Positions 1 through 9,010 of a DNA stretch of 64,000 nucleotides are shown in pieces. Each line of letters begins with the position of its first letter. The first letter of the stretch is position 1. The notes below the pieces were generated by a model. It did no database searches, was not told the origin of the DNA, and worked only from the letters and a program-made list of their open reading frames with translations. Source of the DNA: Escherichia phage vB_EcoM-CHD16UKE1; the sequence record MZ234030.1, one strand, 5' to 3'. A program made the position numbers and the translations under genes.

Positions 1-969
1 ATGAAAACTGTAACTATCAATAAGGGTATCTACTTCGGTAAAGAAATCTCTGGAACTTTTGAGCTCTTAGGTGAATGGTTCCCAGATAATGCTCCGGTAG
101 ATGCACAAGGAGATGGTAAAGTTTTTGTTGAAATTGACGGTAAGCGTCGCGGTGTTTGGGTTTACAAATCAGACATTTCATATGATGGTGTAAAAGTTGA
201 AGAAGTTAAAGAATCATATGAAGATATGAAAACCCGCATTAATAAAAGATTTAATGTTATGGGAATGATGACGAATGGTATTATTAACGGAAACATTCGT
301 TCATTAATTATCTCTGGTGCGGCGGGTATTGGTAAAACGTATTCTTTAGATAAAGCTTTGAATAAAGCAAATGATAATGGATACATTGAATATAAAAGCA
401 TTAACGGTAAAATCTCCGGTATCGGTCTTTATGAACAACTTTGGAATAATCGTGAAGAGAATTCTGTCCTTTTGATTGATGATGTGGATGTTTTCTCTGA
501 TATGGACATTCTTAATCTTCTGAAAGCTGCTCTGGACACTGGAGAGACCCGTAAAGTCTGCTGGAGCACTGCATCTTCTTACTTAGAAGAAAAAGGCATT
601 GAGCGTGAGTTTGAATTTAAAGGAACGATTGTTTTTATCACAAACGTTGATATTGACCGCGAATTAGACCGTGGTACTAAACTTGCTCCACATTTACAAG
701 CATTAGTGTCCCGCTCAGTTTATTTAGATTTGGGTGTTCACACTAATGAAGAAATTATGGTCAGGGTTGAAGATGTTATTCTTTCAACCGACATGATGCA
801 AAAGCGCGGTCTTTCTGATGAAGAAACTTATAAAGCATTATCATGGATGAAAGTTAATGTTAATCGTTTACGCAATGTTTCACTGCGTACTGCTCTTTAT
901 CTTGCTGACTTTATTATGACCGACAAAAACGGTTGGGAAGAAATCGCTGAGGTTACTCTTCTGAAATAA
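1..969 (+). CDS. P-loop NTPase of unknown function (322 aa; starts at window edge, may be 5' partial)
   Basis: ORF track; Walker A GAAGIGKT and Walker B-like LLIDDVD in translation. Confidence 0.55.
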   Translation: MKTVTINKGIYFGKEISGTFELLGEWFPDNAPVDAQGDGKVFVEIDGKRRGVWVYKSDISYDGVKVEEVKESYEDMKTRINKRFNVMGMMTNGIINGNIRSLIISGAAGIGKTYSLDKALNKANDNGYIEYKSINGKISGIGLYEQLWNNREENSVLLIDDVDVFSDMDILNLLKAALDTGETRKVCWSTASSYLEEKGIEREFEFKGTIVFITNVDIDRELDRGTKLAPHLQALVSRSVYLDLGVHTNEEIMVRVEDVILSTDMMQKRGLSDEETYKALSWMKVNVNRLRNVSLRTALYLADFIMTDKNGWEEIAEVTLLK

Positions 970-1059
970 ATTCATAAGAGGACTTCTATGACAAAAAGGC
1001 AGTTCAGAAATAGATTATATGGACTGCCATTAAAAAGATGACTAGAATTAAACTGGTGA

Positions 1060-1374
1060 ATGGAGGTAATGATGTTATACTCAAAGGCTCGTGAAATTTA
1101 CGAAACTAAAATTAAAGAAGCAGTATTTAAGTTCGCAACGACAATGCGATGGACAAATGACTGGGAGTATTCAAAAAATCATAAGAAGCCCATGGTGACA
1201 AGAAAGGCTCATATGTTAGTGTTAATAGACCGTGAGCAGATTAAAGCCCGAGAAGCCCTCCAGAATCATAAAAAGGCTGCCTTTGAATGGTTTATGGATA
1301 ACACTGCTCCTGAGACTAAGAAAGCGGTAAGCGCATGGTTCAGTGGAAAAAATTGTGAAAGAAGTTTCTTTTAG
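1060..1374 (+). CDS. hypothetical protein (104 aa)
   Basis: ORF track; ATG start, same strand as neighbours. Confidence 0.35.
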   Translation: MEVMMLYSKAREIYETKIKEAVFKFATTMRWTNDWEYSKNHKKPMVTRKAHMLVLIDREQIKAREALQNHKKAAFEWFMDNTAPETKKAVSAWFSGKNCERSFF

Positions 1375-1376
1375 TG

Positions 1377-1406
1377 GTTTACAAGACTGTTCCTCTGTGG
1401 TACTAT
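1377..1406 (+). promoter_or_regulatory. T4-type early promoter (GTTTAC -35, 18-nt spacer, TACTAT -10) with conserved leader ending in GGAGG
   Basis: gtttacaagactgttcctctgtggtactat followed by caactatcaactacggagg and ATG at 1435. Confidence 0.55.
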
Positions 1407-1434
1407 ACAACTATCAACTACGGAGGAACACAAA

Positions 1435-1962
1435 ATGAACGCTAAAGATATTTTCAACCTGGTAAATTACAACGATGGTAAATTTAAATCTGAAGCACAA
1501 AGCAAGTTCTTTAATGACATCTCAATCGGAGGTGAAATCACGGTTGACGGAGGACAAATTTACAAATCTCGTTGGAATTGGATCGTTATTATCGATGAGA
1601 TTGGTATTGTAGAAATTTACAAGAATACGAATAAAAATCGTACATTACACTGGTCTCGTGATACTAACGAACAGTACAAAAAGGATAAAGCATCTAAATT
1701 ATCTCGTGTAACTCAAGAAGATATTGAGTTCATCAAGAAAGATATTTTGATGTATGATAACTTAATTGCTGAAGAGCAAGCAGTTATTGATAAATTTGAC
1801 GAGATTAAAGCTTCTCGTGAAATTCCTGATTTTATGAAAGAATCAGTAAATGAACGATACACTCTCATTTCAGAGCGTATTGAAACTTACAAAAAGCAAA
1901 GAGCTGAACGCCAAAATACTCTTCGGAAGTTTGAAGAACGGTTAAAGACGGTACTCGCATAA
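1435..1962 (+). CDS. hypothetical protein with C-terminal coiled coil (175 aa)
   Basis: ORF track; promoter and SD upstream; heptad-like charged C-terminus. Confidence 0.45.
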   Translation: MNAKDIFNLVNYNDGKFKSEAQSKFFNDISIGGEITVDGGQIYKSRWNWIVIIDEIGIVEIYKNTNKNRTLHWSRDTNEQYKKDKASKLSRVTQEDIEFIKKDILMYDNLIAEEQAVIDKFDEIKASREIPDFMKESVNERYTLISERIETYKKQRAERQNTLRKFEERLKTVLA

Positions 1963-2017
1963 CCGCTTTATACCAAGGATGGTATAATGGTTCTAAGCCC
2001 TTTTAATTGAGATTATT

Positions 2018-2425
2018 ATGAAACAGTTGATAATTAAAAGATTGAATTTATTGATATGTTGTTTATGTGTAGTAGTTGCATATGGTTATTATGCAATTAA
2101 TGATTATATGCATTATAAAGATTATGATGTTACTGTAGTTAATACCCTTACAGGAACTCAAGGAAAGGGGTCTAGTTTATCGTTTATTGCCGTATATGAA
2201 CTCAAAGACGGTTATAGATTTAGTGAATATATTTCACCAGAGATGTATTCATCAATAGAAAAAGGCGATAATATTACTGTAAGTTTACGTCCTTTCGACG
2301 TAAAACAGACATTGTTTGATAATATTGTTTGGTTCTTTGGAATGGTATTAGTTCAATCTGTGTGTGGTGCTTATATAGTCTGTTCCATCTTATTCTGTAT
2401 ATTTAGTAAAATTGAAATTGAGTGA
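2018..2425 (+). CDS. predicted membrane protein (135 aa)
   Basis: ORF track; hydrophobic N- and C-terminal segments. Confidence 0.4.
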   Translation: MKQLIIKRLNLLICCLCVVVAYGYYAINDYMHYKDYDVTVVNTLTGTQGKGSSLSFIAVYELKDGYRFSEYISPEMYSSIEKGDNITVSLRPFDVKQTLFDNIVWFFGMVLVQSVCGAYIVCSILFCIFSKIEIE

Positions 2426-2432
2426 GGAAAAT

Positions 2433-3320
2433 ATGTCAGTAGTAATTAATAATGTCAATGCAGTAATTAAATCTTTAGTTAATAAAAAATTAAATGAATG
2501 GACTGTACTTCGTCGTGGAGAGCCAGATAAATTTTTTCATAGATTTAACCCAACTTTGGATTTGAATGTTATTGACAGAGATGTTCATGCTGAAATTTTA
2601 GATAAATTTAAAGTTGATATTGGGTTTGGGTTAGATAAACATTTGCAACGAACAAACGGATCTGGAATGGGTTTATCTAATCGCATCATGAAAGCCCTTA
2701 ATAAAATTGGAGCGTTGTCTCGTATTAATGCGAGTGAAATCCTTCGCAATTATAATAAAGGATATGACCTTTATGGTCGACTAATGCCGAAATTATCATT
2801 TGACCAAATGATTGCGGATTTGTGGGAAAATCAACGACGATTATTAGCATTAGGCGCTCGATTAGCTAAAGGTCTAGATAAACAAATGATTTTTAAGACC
2901 AATAATACAGAAGACCTTAAATGCTTTAAATTTAGTACTCGTGGAGATGATTATTACATCAGAGCTCGCTCTACAGATTATGTTAATATGGGGCATCATC
3001 TCTGTTTAGCTTTTGAAGTTTTAAAAGAAGCCGGAACATTAGAATATGTGTCTGGTGCTAAATGTCCGATTGGTTCAAATTGCATTTTAATTTATCGCCC
3101 AGATGAATCCAGTTCAACTAAATTACCTACAAAACCTGTACCAGTTCGCAGTAATGAAAAACATTCTGAACAAATTGCTTATTTTAATAAGCAGATTGAA
3201 GAGCTAAATATTTCTATTCAGCAATATGATGATGAAATTTTCAGACTATCTGGATTGAGTAGTAAAGCTAAATCTGAGCGTGAAAAATTAATTAAAATCG
3301 TTGATTTACTTAAATCTTAA
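2433..3320 (+). CDS. coiled-coil paralogue family member 1 (295 aa from ATG 2433)
   Basis: ORF track 2412..3320; ATG at 2433 preceded by GAGG; shared W..F..LF.KQ motif and C-terminal coiled coil with next three ORFs. Confidence 0.5.
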   Translation: MSVVINNVNAVIKSLVNKKLNEWTVLRRGEPDKFFHRFNPTLDLNVIDRDVHAEILDKFKVDIGFGLDKHLQRTNGSGMGLSNRIMKALNKIGALSRINASEILRNYNKGYDLYGRLMPKLSFDQMIADLWENQRRLLALGARLAKGLDKQMIFKTNNTEDLKCFKFSTRGDDYYIRARSTDYVNMGHHLCLAFEVLKEAGTLEYVSGAKCPIGSNCILIYRPDESSSTKLPTKPVPVRSNEKHSEQIAYFNKQIEELNISIQQYDDEIFRLSGLSSKAKSEREKLIKIVDLLKS

Positions 3321-3328
3321 GGAACACC

Positions 3329-4351
3329 ATGAAAACTCGTTCTCAAATTGAAGATATGGTTCGTAATGCCAGCTATACTCGTGATGTTATGACATTTTTG
3401 TGTGAAAATAATTTAGACCCTGATAAAGTTAATCGTGTTATTCATCACTTTAAGTATATGAATAGCAGTGAATGGCTGCGACATTTTGATAAAGCTGGAT
3501 ATATTACGCAAATGACTGCTCGCGAACAGCTCACCGATTTCTGTAAAACTATTGATTATAAAAATCCTCTATTTGTTCAAGGCGTTGGTCAGAGTAAGGT
3601 TGATTTATCAACAGGATTTTTTAATCCAAATCATTACCGTCTTGAATGGAGATTTATTGCTCTATTCCGTAAACAATTAAAGCAAATTTTGTCGACGGCT
3701 AGTCGATTAAAAGGTTCTGACATTAACTTAAAGAACCTGAAATTTGATGGTTATACTCTTCAGATGGAAGTAAGACCATTAAAAGAAAATAATAGAACTG
3801 CACGAATTAGCTTTAAACCTAATACAAAAAATTCTCTTTCAATTTGTGAATGCCTTAAATCACAGTTGACAGAAGCATTTAAGTATATGGATGTTGTTGC
3901 CGCTGTTCAGTCTAAGATTTTACCTCATTTTGAGCGAAATTGGGAACATACAACAACGTATGAACTTGATATGATCGTTTCATTTAAATACGATTTTTTG
4001 AGAAAGGATGAAGTCCCGCAAGAGAAAAAGCAGGAAGTGCAAGATAACTTAAATTTATCTAATTGCTCATCAAACGATCCTAAATTTTGGATGTATAGCT
4101 CAGGTAATAAAGATGCATGGAAATTCAATAAAGTGAATTTTCTTCCTATTGAAAATCCGAGTCTTAAACCTGTTGAAAAATGGCACGCGGATGCGATTGA
4201 GAAGTCTATCAAGGCAGTAGATGATGAACTCGTTAAAGCAACTAATGAAGTGCTAGAAGCTGAAAAGATGCTAGAAAAAGCTCAAGAAAAAGTCAAAAAT
4301 CTTACGAAGCAACGTTCTAAACTGAACAATGCACTAAATGCACTAAACTAG
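3329..4351 (+). CDS. coiled-coil paralogue family member 2 (340 aa)
   Basis: ORF track; motif WRFIALFRKQLKQILSTASRLKG; C-terminal coiled coil. Confidence 0.5.
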   Translation: MKTRSQIEDMVRNASYTRDVMTFLCENNLDPDKVNRVIHHFKYMNSSEWLRHFDKAGYITQMTAREQLTDFCKTIDYKNPLFVQGVGQSKVDLSTGFFNPNHYRLEWRFIALFRKQLKQILSTASRLKGSDINLKNLKFDGYTLQMEVRPLKENNRTARISFKPNTKNSLSICECLKSQLTEAFKYMDVVAAVQSKILPHFERNWEHTTTYELDMIVSFKYDFLRKDEVPQEKKQEVQDNLNLSNCSSNDPKFWMYSSGNKDAWKFNKVNFLPIENPSLKPVEKWHADAIEKSIKAVDDELVKATNEVLEAEKMLEKAQEKVKNLTKQRSKLNNALNALN

Positions 4352-4380
4352 TTTACTTTGCCACAAGGATGTGGTATAAT
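4351..4380 (+). promoter_or_regulatory. T4-type early promoter (GTTTAC / TATAAT)
   Basis: gtttactttgccacaaggatgtggtataat; near-identical copy at 51396. Confidence 0.55.
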
Positions 4381-4408
4381 GTTCTTACTTTCTACTGAGG
4401 AGATTAAT

Positions 4409-5410
4409 ATGACTCGTAACGAATATATCAAATCATTCAATAGCGTTATTGATGATAAAGTTAAACCTGTGTTTAGTCAGAATAGTGTTATTTCCATTAT
4501 CAATCAATGGCTTAATAATATTGATGCAAGTATTGTTTCTTCAAGCAAATTTATTCATGAAGTTCATAAAATTTCTAGTCGCGAATATAAAGATGATATT
4601 AAGGAAACTTTTAAAGGTTCTCGTCTTCTTTCATATTTAGTTAATCAAGATATTCTTGGTAAATTTGGGAAAGAAATTAAACGAACTAAAGATGTAGTAG
4701 GATACAGTTGGTTCGGTGATGTTAATTCTTATCATCTTAATAATAAAGAAGACCCTGAGAATATTTTTACTCGTCGTTGGATTAGTAATTTTAGACTTTT
4801 CAAGAAGCAAATTCTAAAATCAACTTCTAAATTATGCTATGGTGATTATCGTCAAATCCATCCTTGGGCTTCTGATATGATTATCATAAAAGAATATGAG
4901 CTTGATAAAAATAAAGCAGCTATTTTTGTGAATTATGAATTTTTTACACCAGAAGCTAATCAAAAGAACATTAATAAATTTTTCTCAATTGCTAGCGATA
5001 TAACTCGTCAGTTAGAGACCGCATTACTTTGTATGGAAACAGTAGAAAATATTCATACTTATCCTTTTAAGAATATATGCGGTTGGGAAGGATATAAAAT
5101 TGTAGTTAGTCTCCGTGAAGTAAAGTGTGCGTACTCACCGACTGATAAAGAAATTTACCAACAAAAATGTGATGAAATTGTGAATACTCCTAAAGAAGAA
5201 ACTACCCTTGAGGAACTAATGGAATGTCTTGACGATTCGCCTGAACCAGTAGAAATTCGTCCAGAAGTTATTGCACTAGAAAAAGCTTATAAAGAAGTTC
5301 TAGAAATTTCTAATAAAGCGCAGAAAGAATATGAGCAGGCTAAAAAGATTTGGGAAGAATCCGTTAATCGTCTTGATCGTCTTGAACAAGCTTTACAGTT
5401 AATTAAGTAA
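4409..5410 (+). CDS. coiled-coil paralogue family member 3 (333 aa from ATG 4409)
   Basis: ORF track 4358..5410; ATG 4409 with GAGGAG SD; motif RRWISNFRLFKKQILKSTSKLCYG. Confidence 0.5.
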   Translation: MTRNEYIKSFNSVIDDKVKPVFSQNSVISIINQWLNNIDASIVSSSKFIHEVHKISSREYKDDIKETFKGSRLLSYLVNQDILGKFGKEIKRTKDVVGYSWFGDVNSYHLNNKEDPENIFTRRWISNFRLFKKQILKSTSKLCYGDYRQIHPWASDMIIIKEYELDKNKAAIFVNYEFFTPEANQKNINKFFSIASDITRQLETALLCMETVENIHTYPFKNICGWEGYKIVVSLREVKCAYSPTDKEIYQQKCDEIVNTPKEETTLEELMECLDDSPEPVEIRPEVIALEKAYKEVLEISNKAQKEYEQAKKIWEESVNRLDRLEQALQLIK

Positions 5411-5462
5411 TTTAAAGCCAAGGATGGCTCGGAGTATAAACCATTAACCAAGTGAGAAGAAT

Positions 5463-6392
5463 ATGAAAACTCGTAAACATTATATTGATTATTTTGACAG
5501 TCTTATTACTAAACATCGTGATTATCAGATAGGACACAGAGCAGTAATCAATAATATTCTTCGTGATTTCCTTCAGTATGTTGGCCAGGAAAATCATATC
5601 TGTAAAGATACTCAGAACGCTTATTCTCATTCGTTAGGCAATTTACTTGAATGGTTTAAACGTTCTCGTATGTTATCTTCTACTGTAGCTCGCGATAACA
5701 TTAAAAACTTTATGAAGCCGAGATTCATTAAAACTGCGACATCTATAACCGATTTGGTTGAATTTACTATTGTTAACGATGTTAAAAAGACCCATTTGGC
5801 TGATTGGTTATCTACCATTCCCGAAACTAAATTTGCTGATAAATTCGCTTGTCAATTCAATGACCAAGTGAATATGCTTTTTAAGCATGCTCGTAAACTA
5901 TTTACCGCGGGCGATGACCGTACAAATACAGTTCATGTTAAGGATTGGGTTATTGCTGATGAAGTAACACACAAGCCAGGTGGTTCATCAGTATTAATTA
6001 ATATCCAGGTTCCTTATTATTACTCACGTAATCTCGGCACCATGACAGCTAGAGAAATTAATAAGCACAACAAAATTATTCGTTCGTTGTCTTATAAACT
6101 CTGCACGATGGTGGAGATGATGGACGTAGTGGAAATGTATGACGAAACCGAAGATAATGATTCAATGCTGTACAGTTCACGCATTCTAATTAAACTGAAG
6201 AACCCTAATACATATAAGCAAGTTGTAAAAGAACCTAAAGCAGAAAAGGCTGATAATCTGAGTGAAGAACGCGAATATCTCAATGCTCGTTTGATTGAAG
6301 TTGAAGCCCAAATTGCAGAACACACCAAATTGTTAAAAGCTCTTAATGCAAAAGCAAATGGTTTACGTAATGCTATTGAGGTATTGAAATGA
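5463..6392 (+). CDS. coiled-coil paralogue family member 4 (309 aa)
   Basis: ORF track; C-terminal coiled coil; weaker shared motif. Confidence 0.45.
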   Translation: MKTRKHYIDYFDSLITKHRDYQIGHRAVINNILRDFLQYVGQENHICKDTQNAYSHSLGNLLEWFKRSRMLSSTVARDNIKNFMKPRFIKTATSITDLVEFTIVNDVKKTHLADWLSTIPETKFADKFACQFNDQVNMLFKHARKLFTAGDDRTNTVHVKDWVIADEVTHKPGGSSVLINIQVPYYYSRNLGTMTAREINKHNKIIRSLSYKLCTMVEMMDVVEMYDETEDNDSMLYSSRILIKLKNPNTYKQVVKEPKAEKADNLSEEREYLNARLIEVEAQIAEHTKLLKALNAKANGLRNAIEVLK

Positions 6393-6778
6393 AAAAGCGT
6401 CTATTAGAAGACATTGCAGCTTCAAGTAATTCCAGTTTAATTAAAATTATTATGGCTGGTGAGGAAGATGATATGGAAATGCGTGGAAAGATTCACGGCT
6501 GCGACGATTTAGATTTTAAACCTCCAGCATGGGATGCTATTATGGCTATGGTTGAACGACGTGAAAGGGCTTCTAAAAACGTTCCTAATTGCCCTGAATG
6601 TGGAACTGAACAAGTTCAATTGATTAACTGGCGTAAACCAGAGCTTGAATATAAATGCCGTCAATGTAAACATAAATTCAGTAAGCATGCTCCGGAAATG
6701 GTTAAATTGCCTGACTCTACTGAGTTCTTTAAAGAACTTGTGAGTGTTCAACCAATGCCTAATAATATTTTGGATTAA
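6389..6778 (+). CDS. zinc-ribbon protein (CPEC..CRQC), 129 aa
   Basis: ORF track; two CxxC pairs. Confidence 0.45.
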   Translation: MKKRLLEDIAASSNSSLIKIIMAGEEDDMEMRGKIHGCDDLDFKPPAWDAIMAMVERRERASKNVPNCPECGTEQVQLINWRKPELEYKCRQCKHKFSKHAPEMVKLPDSTEFFKELVSVQPMPNNILD

Positions 6779-6780
6779 AA

Positions 6781-7023
6781 ATGACCAAGCGTAAAGAATA
6801 TATGGAGGCTGCTGAAAAGGCAGTCCGTGAATTAGCAATAGCTTATTATAATGAACATGGTAAATTTCCTGATAGATACAGCGTGCTTAAATCTGCTTTA
6901 ACTCGTTCATATAAAAATATGCTATCAGAAGTAAGTGATATTATATACAAACATAAAGAACAAACGGGCCAAAGTCTTGATTACGACGAGACTTTTAAAC
7001 AAGTACTAGGAATTAAGGAATAA
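6781..7023 (+). CDS. hypothetical protein (80 aa)
   Basis: ORF track. Confidence 0.4.
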   Translation: MTKRKEYMEAAEKAVRELAIAYYNEHGKFPDRYSVLKSALTRSYKNMLSEVSDIIYKHKEQTGQSLDYDETFKQVLGIKE

Positions 7024-7024
7024 T

Positions 7025-7288
7025 ATGTTTAAAGTATATGGTTATGATAGCAACATTCATAAATGTGTGTATTGCGATAATGCAAAACGTCTTTTGACCG
7101 TGAAGAAACAGCCGTTTGAATTTATCAACATTATGCCGGAAAAAGGTGTTTTTGATGATGAGAAAATTGCTGAGCTTCTGACTAAACTAGGTCGTGATAC
7201 TCAAATCGGCTTGACAATGCCTCAGGTATTTGCTCCTGATGGAAGTCATATTGGTGGATTTGACCAACTGCGAGAATATTTTAAATGA
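7025..7288 (+). CDS. nrdC: thioredoxin/glutaredoxin NrdC (87 aa)
   Basis: ORF track; CVYC redox motif; length and position as recalled for T4 NrdC. Confidence 0.8.
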   Translation: MFKVYGYDSNIHKCVYCDNAKRLLTVKKQPFEFINIMPEKGVFDDEKIAELLTKLGRDTQIGLTMPQVFAPDGSHIGGFDQLREYFK

Positions 7289-7500
7289 TGCTCGAAGGAA
7301 CTGACTATATTCATGATTACCGCGGAAGCGCGGTATATGTAGGTGATGAAGTTGCAGTTTATTATGGGTATGGAACTTTGATGACAGCCAAGGTTATTCA
7401 AATTAAAAATAATCGTGCTAAACTCGAAGTTTATTATTCTAATGGTGAAAAGTCTATTTCTAAGTGGAAATACGGCGATTGTATGGTTAAATTGGGGTAA
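7285..7500 (+). CDS. hypothetical protein (71 aa)
   Basis: ORF track; overlapping stop/start with nrdC. Confidence 0.4.
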   Translation: MMLEGTDYIHDYRGSAVYVGDEVAVYYGYGTLMTAKVIQIKNNRAKLEVYYSNGEKSISKWKYGDCMVKLG

Positions 7501-7502
7501 AT

Positions 7503-7673
7503 ATGATTTACGATATTAATGTATCACGAGCTCCGTCAATGGTTACTATTCCAGCCGAAGAACTAGATCGTCTTCAGAAAATTGAAGAGCTTCTTTGGGA
7601 AATTGAATCTGATTTGCCATCAGGATTAGAATCCTGGATTGATTATGAAGAACTTAATAAGCTTCGGGGTTAA
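7503..7673 (+). CDS. hypothetical small acidic protein (56 aa)
   Basis: ATG 7503 to TAA 7671-7673, read from sequence. Confidence 0.3.
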   Translation: MIYDINVSRAPSMVTIPAEELDRLQKIEELLWEIESDLPSGLESWIDYEELNKLRG

Positions 7674-7795
7674 ACCTTGGTGGGCGGCTAGATGGGAAAC
7701 TGTAGAGCCAGAGCCGGAAGAACCGGTTTACACTGATGAAGAAACAGTATATAATGAACCAACGATAAATGACTTAATTGATATGGAGATGGGAC

Positions 7796-8281
7796 ATGAT
7801 TACAGTAGATAAGTGGTTTAGAATTAATCGTGTTGATACAGGGCTATGTAATTACTGGCCGGAACTTAGTGCAGGTACTGTCTTTAAAGTTCGTGAACTT
7901 GTAAAAGAATGTGAAGATGATATAGAGCCTGACACTGGAATTATTGAAATTGAACTTTCCGACGGAAAGATTATTAACATCTACGATAAGCCAATTACGT
8001 ATTGGTGCTTGTGGAATACTGAATCAGTCGAAAATGGCGAAATTGAAGAAGTTGTAGAGCGAACTAATCAAGTTGTTCAGAAGCCTAAAGCCGATTTTCA
8101 AGGTGAACGTATTTCATACGCATTAGCTAAATTAGCTGCACAAGAAAATAACGATGGCTATGAAGGTAACCTGATGCAAGCTGCCGCAGAGTACATTGAA
8201 TGGCTTGAAACTCAAATTTCTTTTTCTGACCAAAAGATTCGGCAATATAAGCGATTGCATCAAATGTTTTACAATACTTGA
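7796..8281 (+). CDS. pin: Pin-like protein (161 aa from ATG 7796)
   Basis: ORF track 7778..8281 (TTG); first ATG 7796 gives 161 aa; position between nrdC and 49 as in T4. Confidence 0.5.
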   Translation: MITVDKWFRINRVDTGLCNYWPELSAGTVFKVRELVKECEDDIEPDTGIIEIELSDGKIINIYDKPITYWCLWNTESVENGEIEEVVERTNQVVQKPKADFQGERISYALAKLAAQENNDGYEGNLMQAAAEYIEWLETQISFSDQKIRQYKRLHQMFYNT

Positions 8282-8492
8282 AAAAACTCAAAATTCTTTT
8301 TCTGACAGGACATTTTAATGAAAACCGAATTGGTTTATACTGAAAAGTTAAATGGCGGTAAGGTTTGGAAACTTTTTATTAAAGGACATTCTACGGACCC
8401 TCATATGACCACTTGCGTAGGAACCTATTCTCGTCCTACTAAAAAGATGATTCGACAGTATAAACGATTGCATCGAATGTTTTACAATACTT
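8211..8492 (+). repeat. split direct repeat: pin 3' segment (8211-8279) recurs as 8287-8306 plus 8444-8492 around an inserted small ORF
   Basis: ctcaaatttctttttctgac vs ctcaaaattctttttctgac; aagattcggcaatataagcgattgcatcaaatgttttacaatactt vs aagatgattcgacagtataaacgattgcatcgaatgttttacaatactt. Confidence 0.7.
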
Positions 8493-8494
8493 AA
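8318..8494 (+). CDS. small ORF (58 aa) whose last 15 aa duplicate the Pin C-terminus (KMIRQYKRLHRMFYNT)
   Basis: ATG 8318 to TAA 8492-8494; C-terminus encoded by repeat copy. Confidence 0.35.
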   Translation: MKTELVYTEKLNGGKVWKLFIKGHSTDPHMTTCVGTYSRPTKKMIRQYKRLHRMFYNT

Positions 8495-8505
8495 AAATAA
8501 TAAAT

Positions 8506-8536
8506 ACCCTTATCTATTTAAGGTAAGGGTTTTATT
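8506..8536 (+). terminator. hairpin (ACCCTTA / TAAGGGT, 11-nt loop) followed by TTTTATT
   Basis: inverted repeat read from sequence directly upstream of gene 49 ATG. Confidence 0.4.
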
Positions 8537-9010
8537 ATGTTATTGACTGGCAAATTATACAAAGAAGAAAAACAAAAATTTTATAATGCACAAAACGGTA
8601 AATGCTTAATTTGCCAACGAGAACTAAATCCTGATGTTCAAGCTAATCACCTCGACCATGACCATGAATTAAATGGACCAAAAGCAGGAAAGATACGTGG
8701 ATTGCTTTGTAATCTCTGCAATGCCGCAGAAGGTCAAATGAAGCATAAATTTAATCGTTCTGGCTTAAAGGGACAAGGTGTTGATTATCTTGAATGGTTA
8801 GAAAATTTACTTACTTATTTAAAATCCGATTACACCCAAAATAATATTCACCCTAACTTTGTTGGAGATAAATCAAAGGAATTTTCTCGTTTAGGAAAAG
8901 AGGAAATGATGGCCGAGATGCTTCAAAGAGGATTTGAATATAATGAATCTGACACCAAAACACAGTTAATAGCTTCATTTAAGAAGCAGCTTAGAAAGAG
9001 TTTAAAATGA
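8537..9010 (+). CDS. 49: endonuclease VII (Holliday junction resolvase), 157 aa
   Basis: ORF track; sequence and length match recalled T4 gp49. Confidence 0.85.
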   Translation: MLLTGKLYKEEKQKFYNAQNGKCLICQRELNPDVQANHLDHDHELNGPKAGKIRGLLCNLCNAAEGQMKHKFNRSGLKGQGVDYLEWLENLLTYLKSDYTQNNIHPNFVGDKSKEFSRLGKEEMMAEMLQRGFEYNESDTKTQLIASFKKQLRKSLK

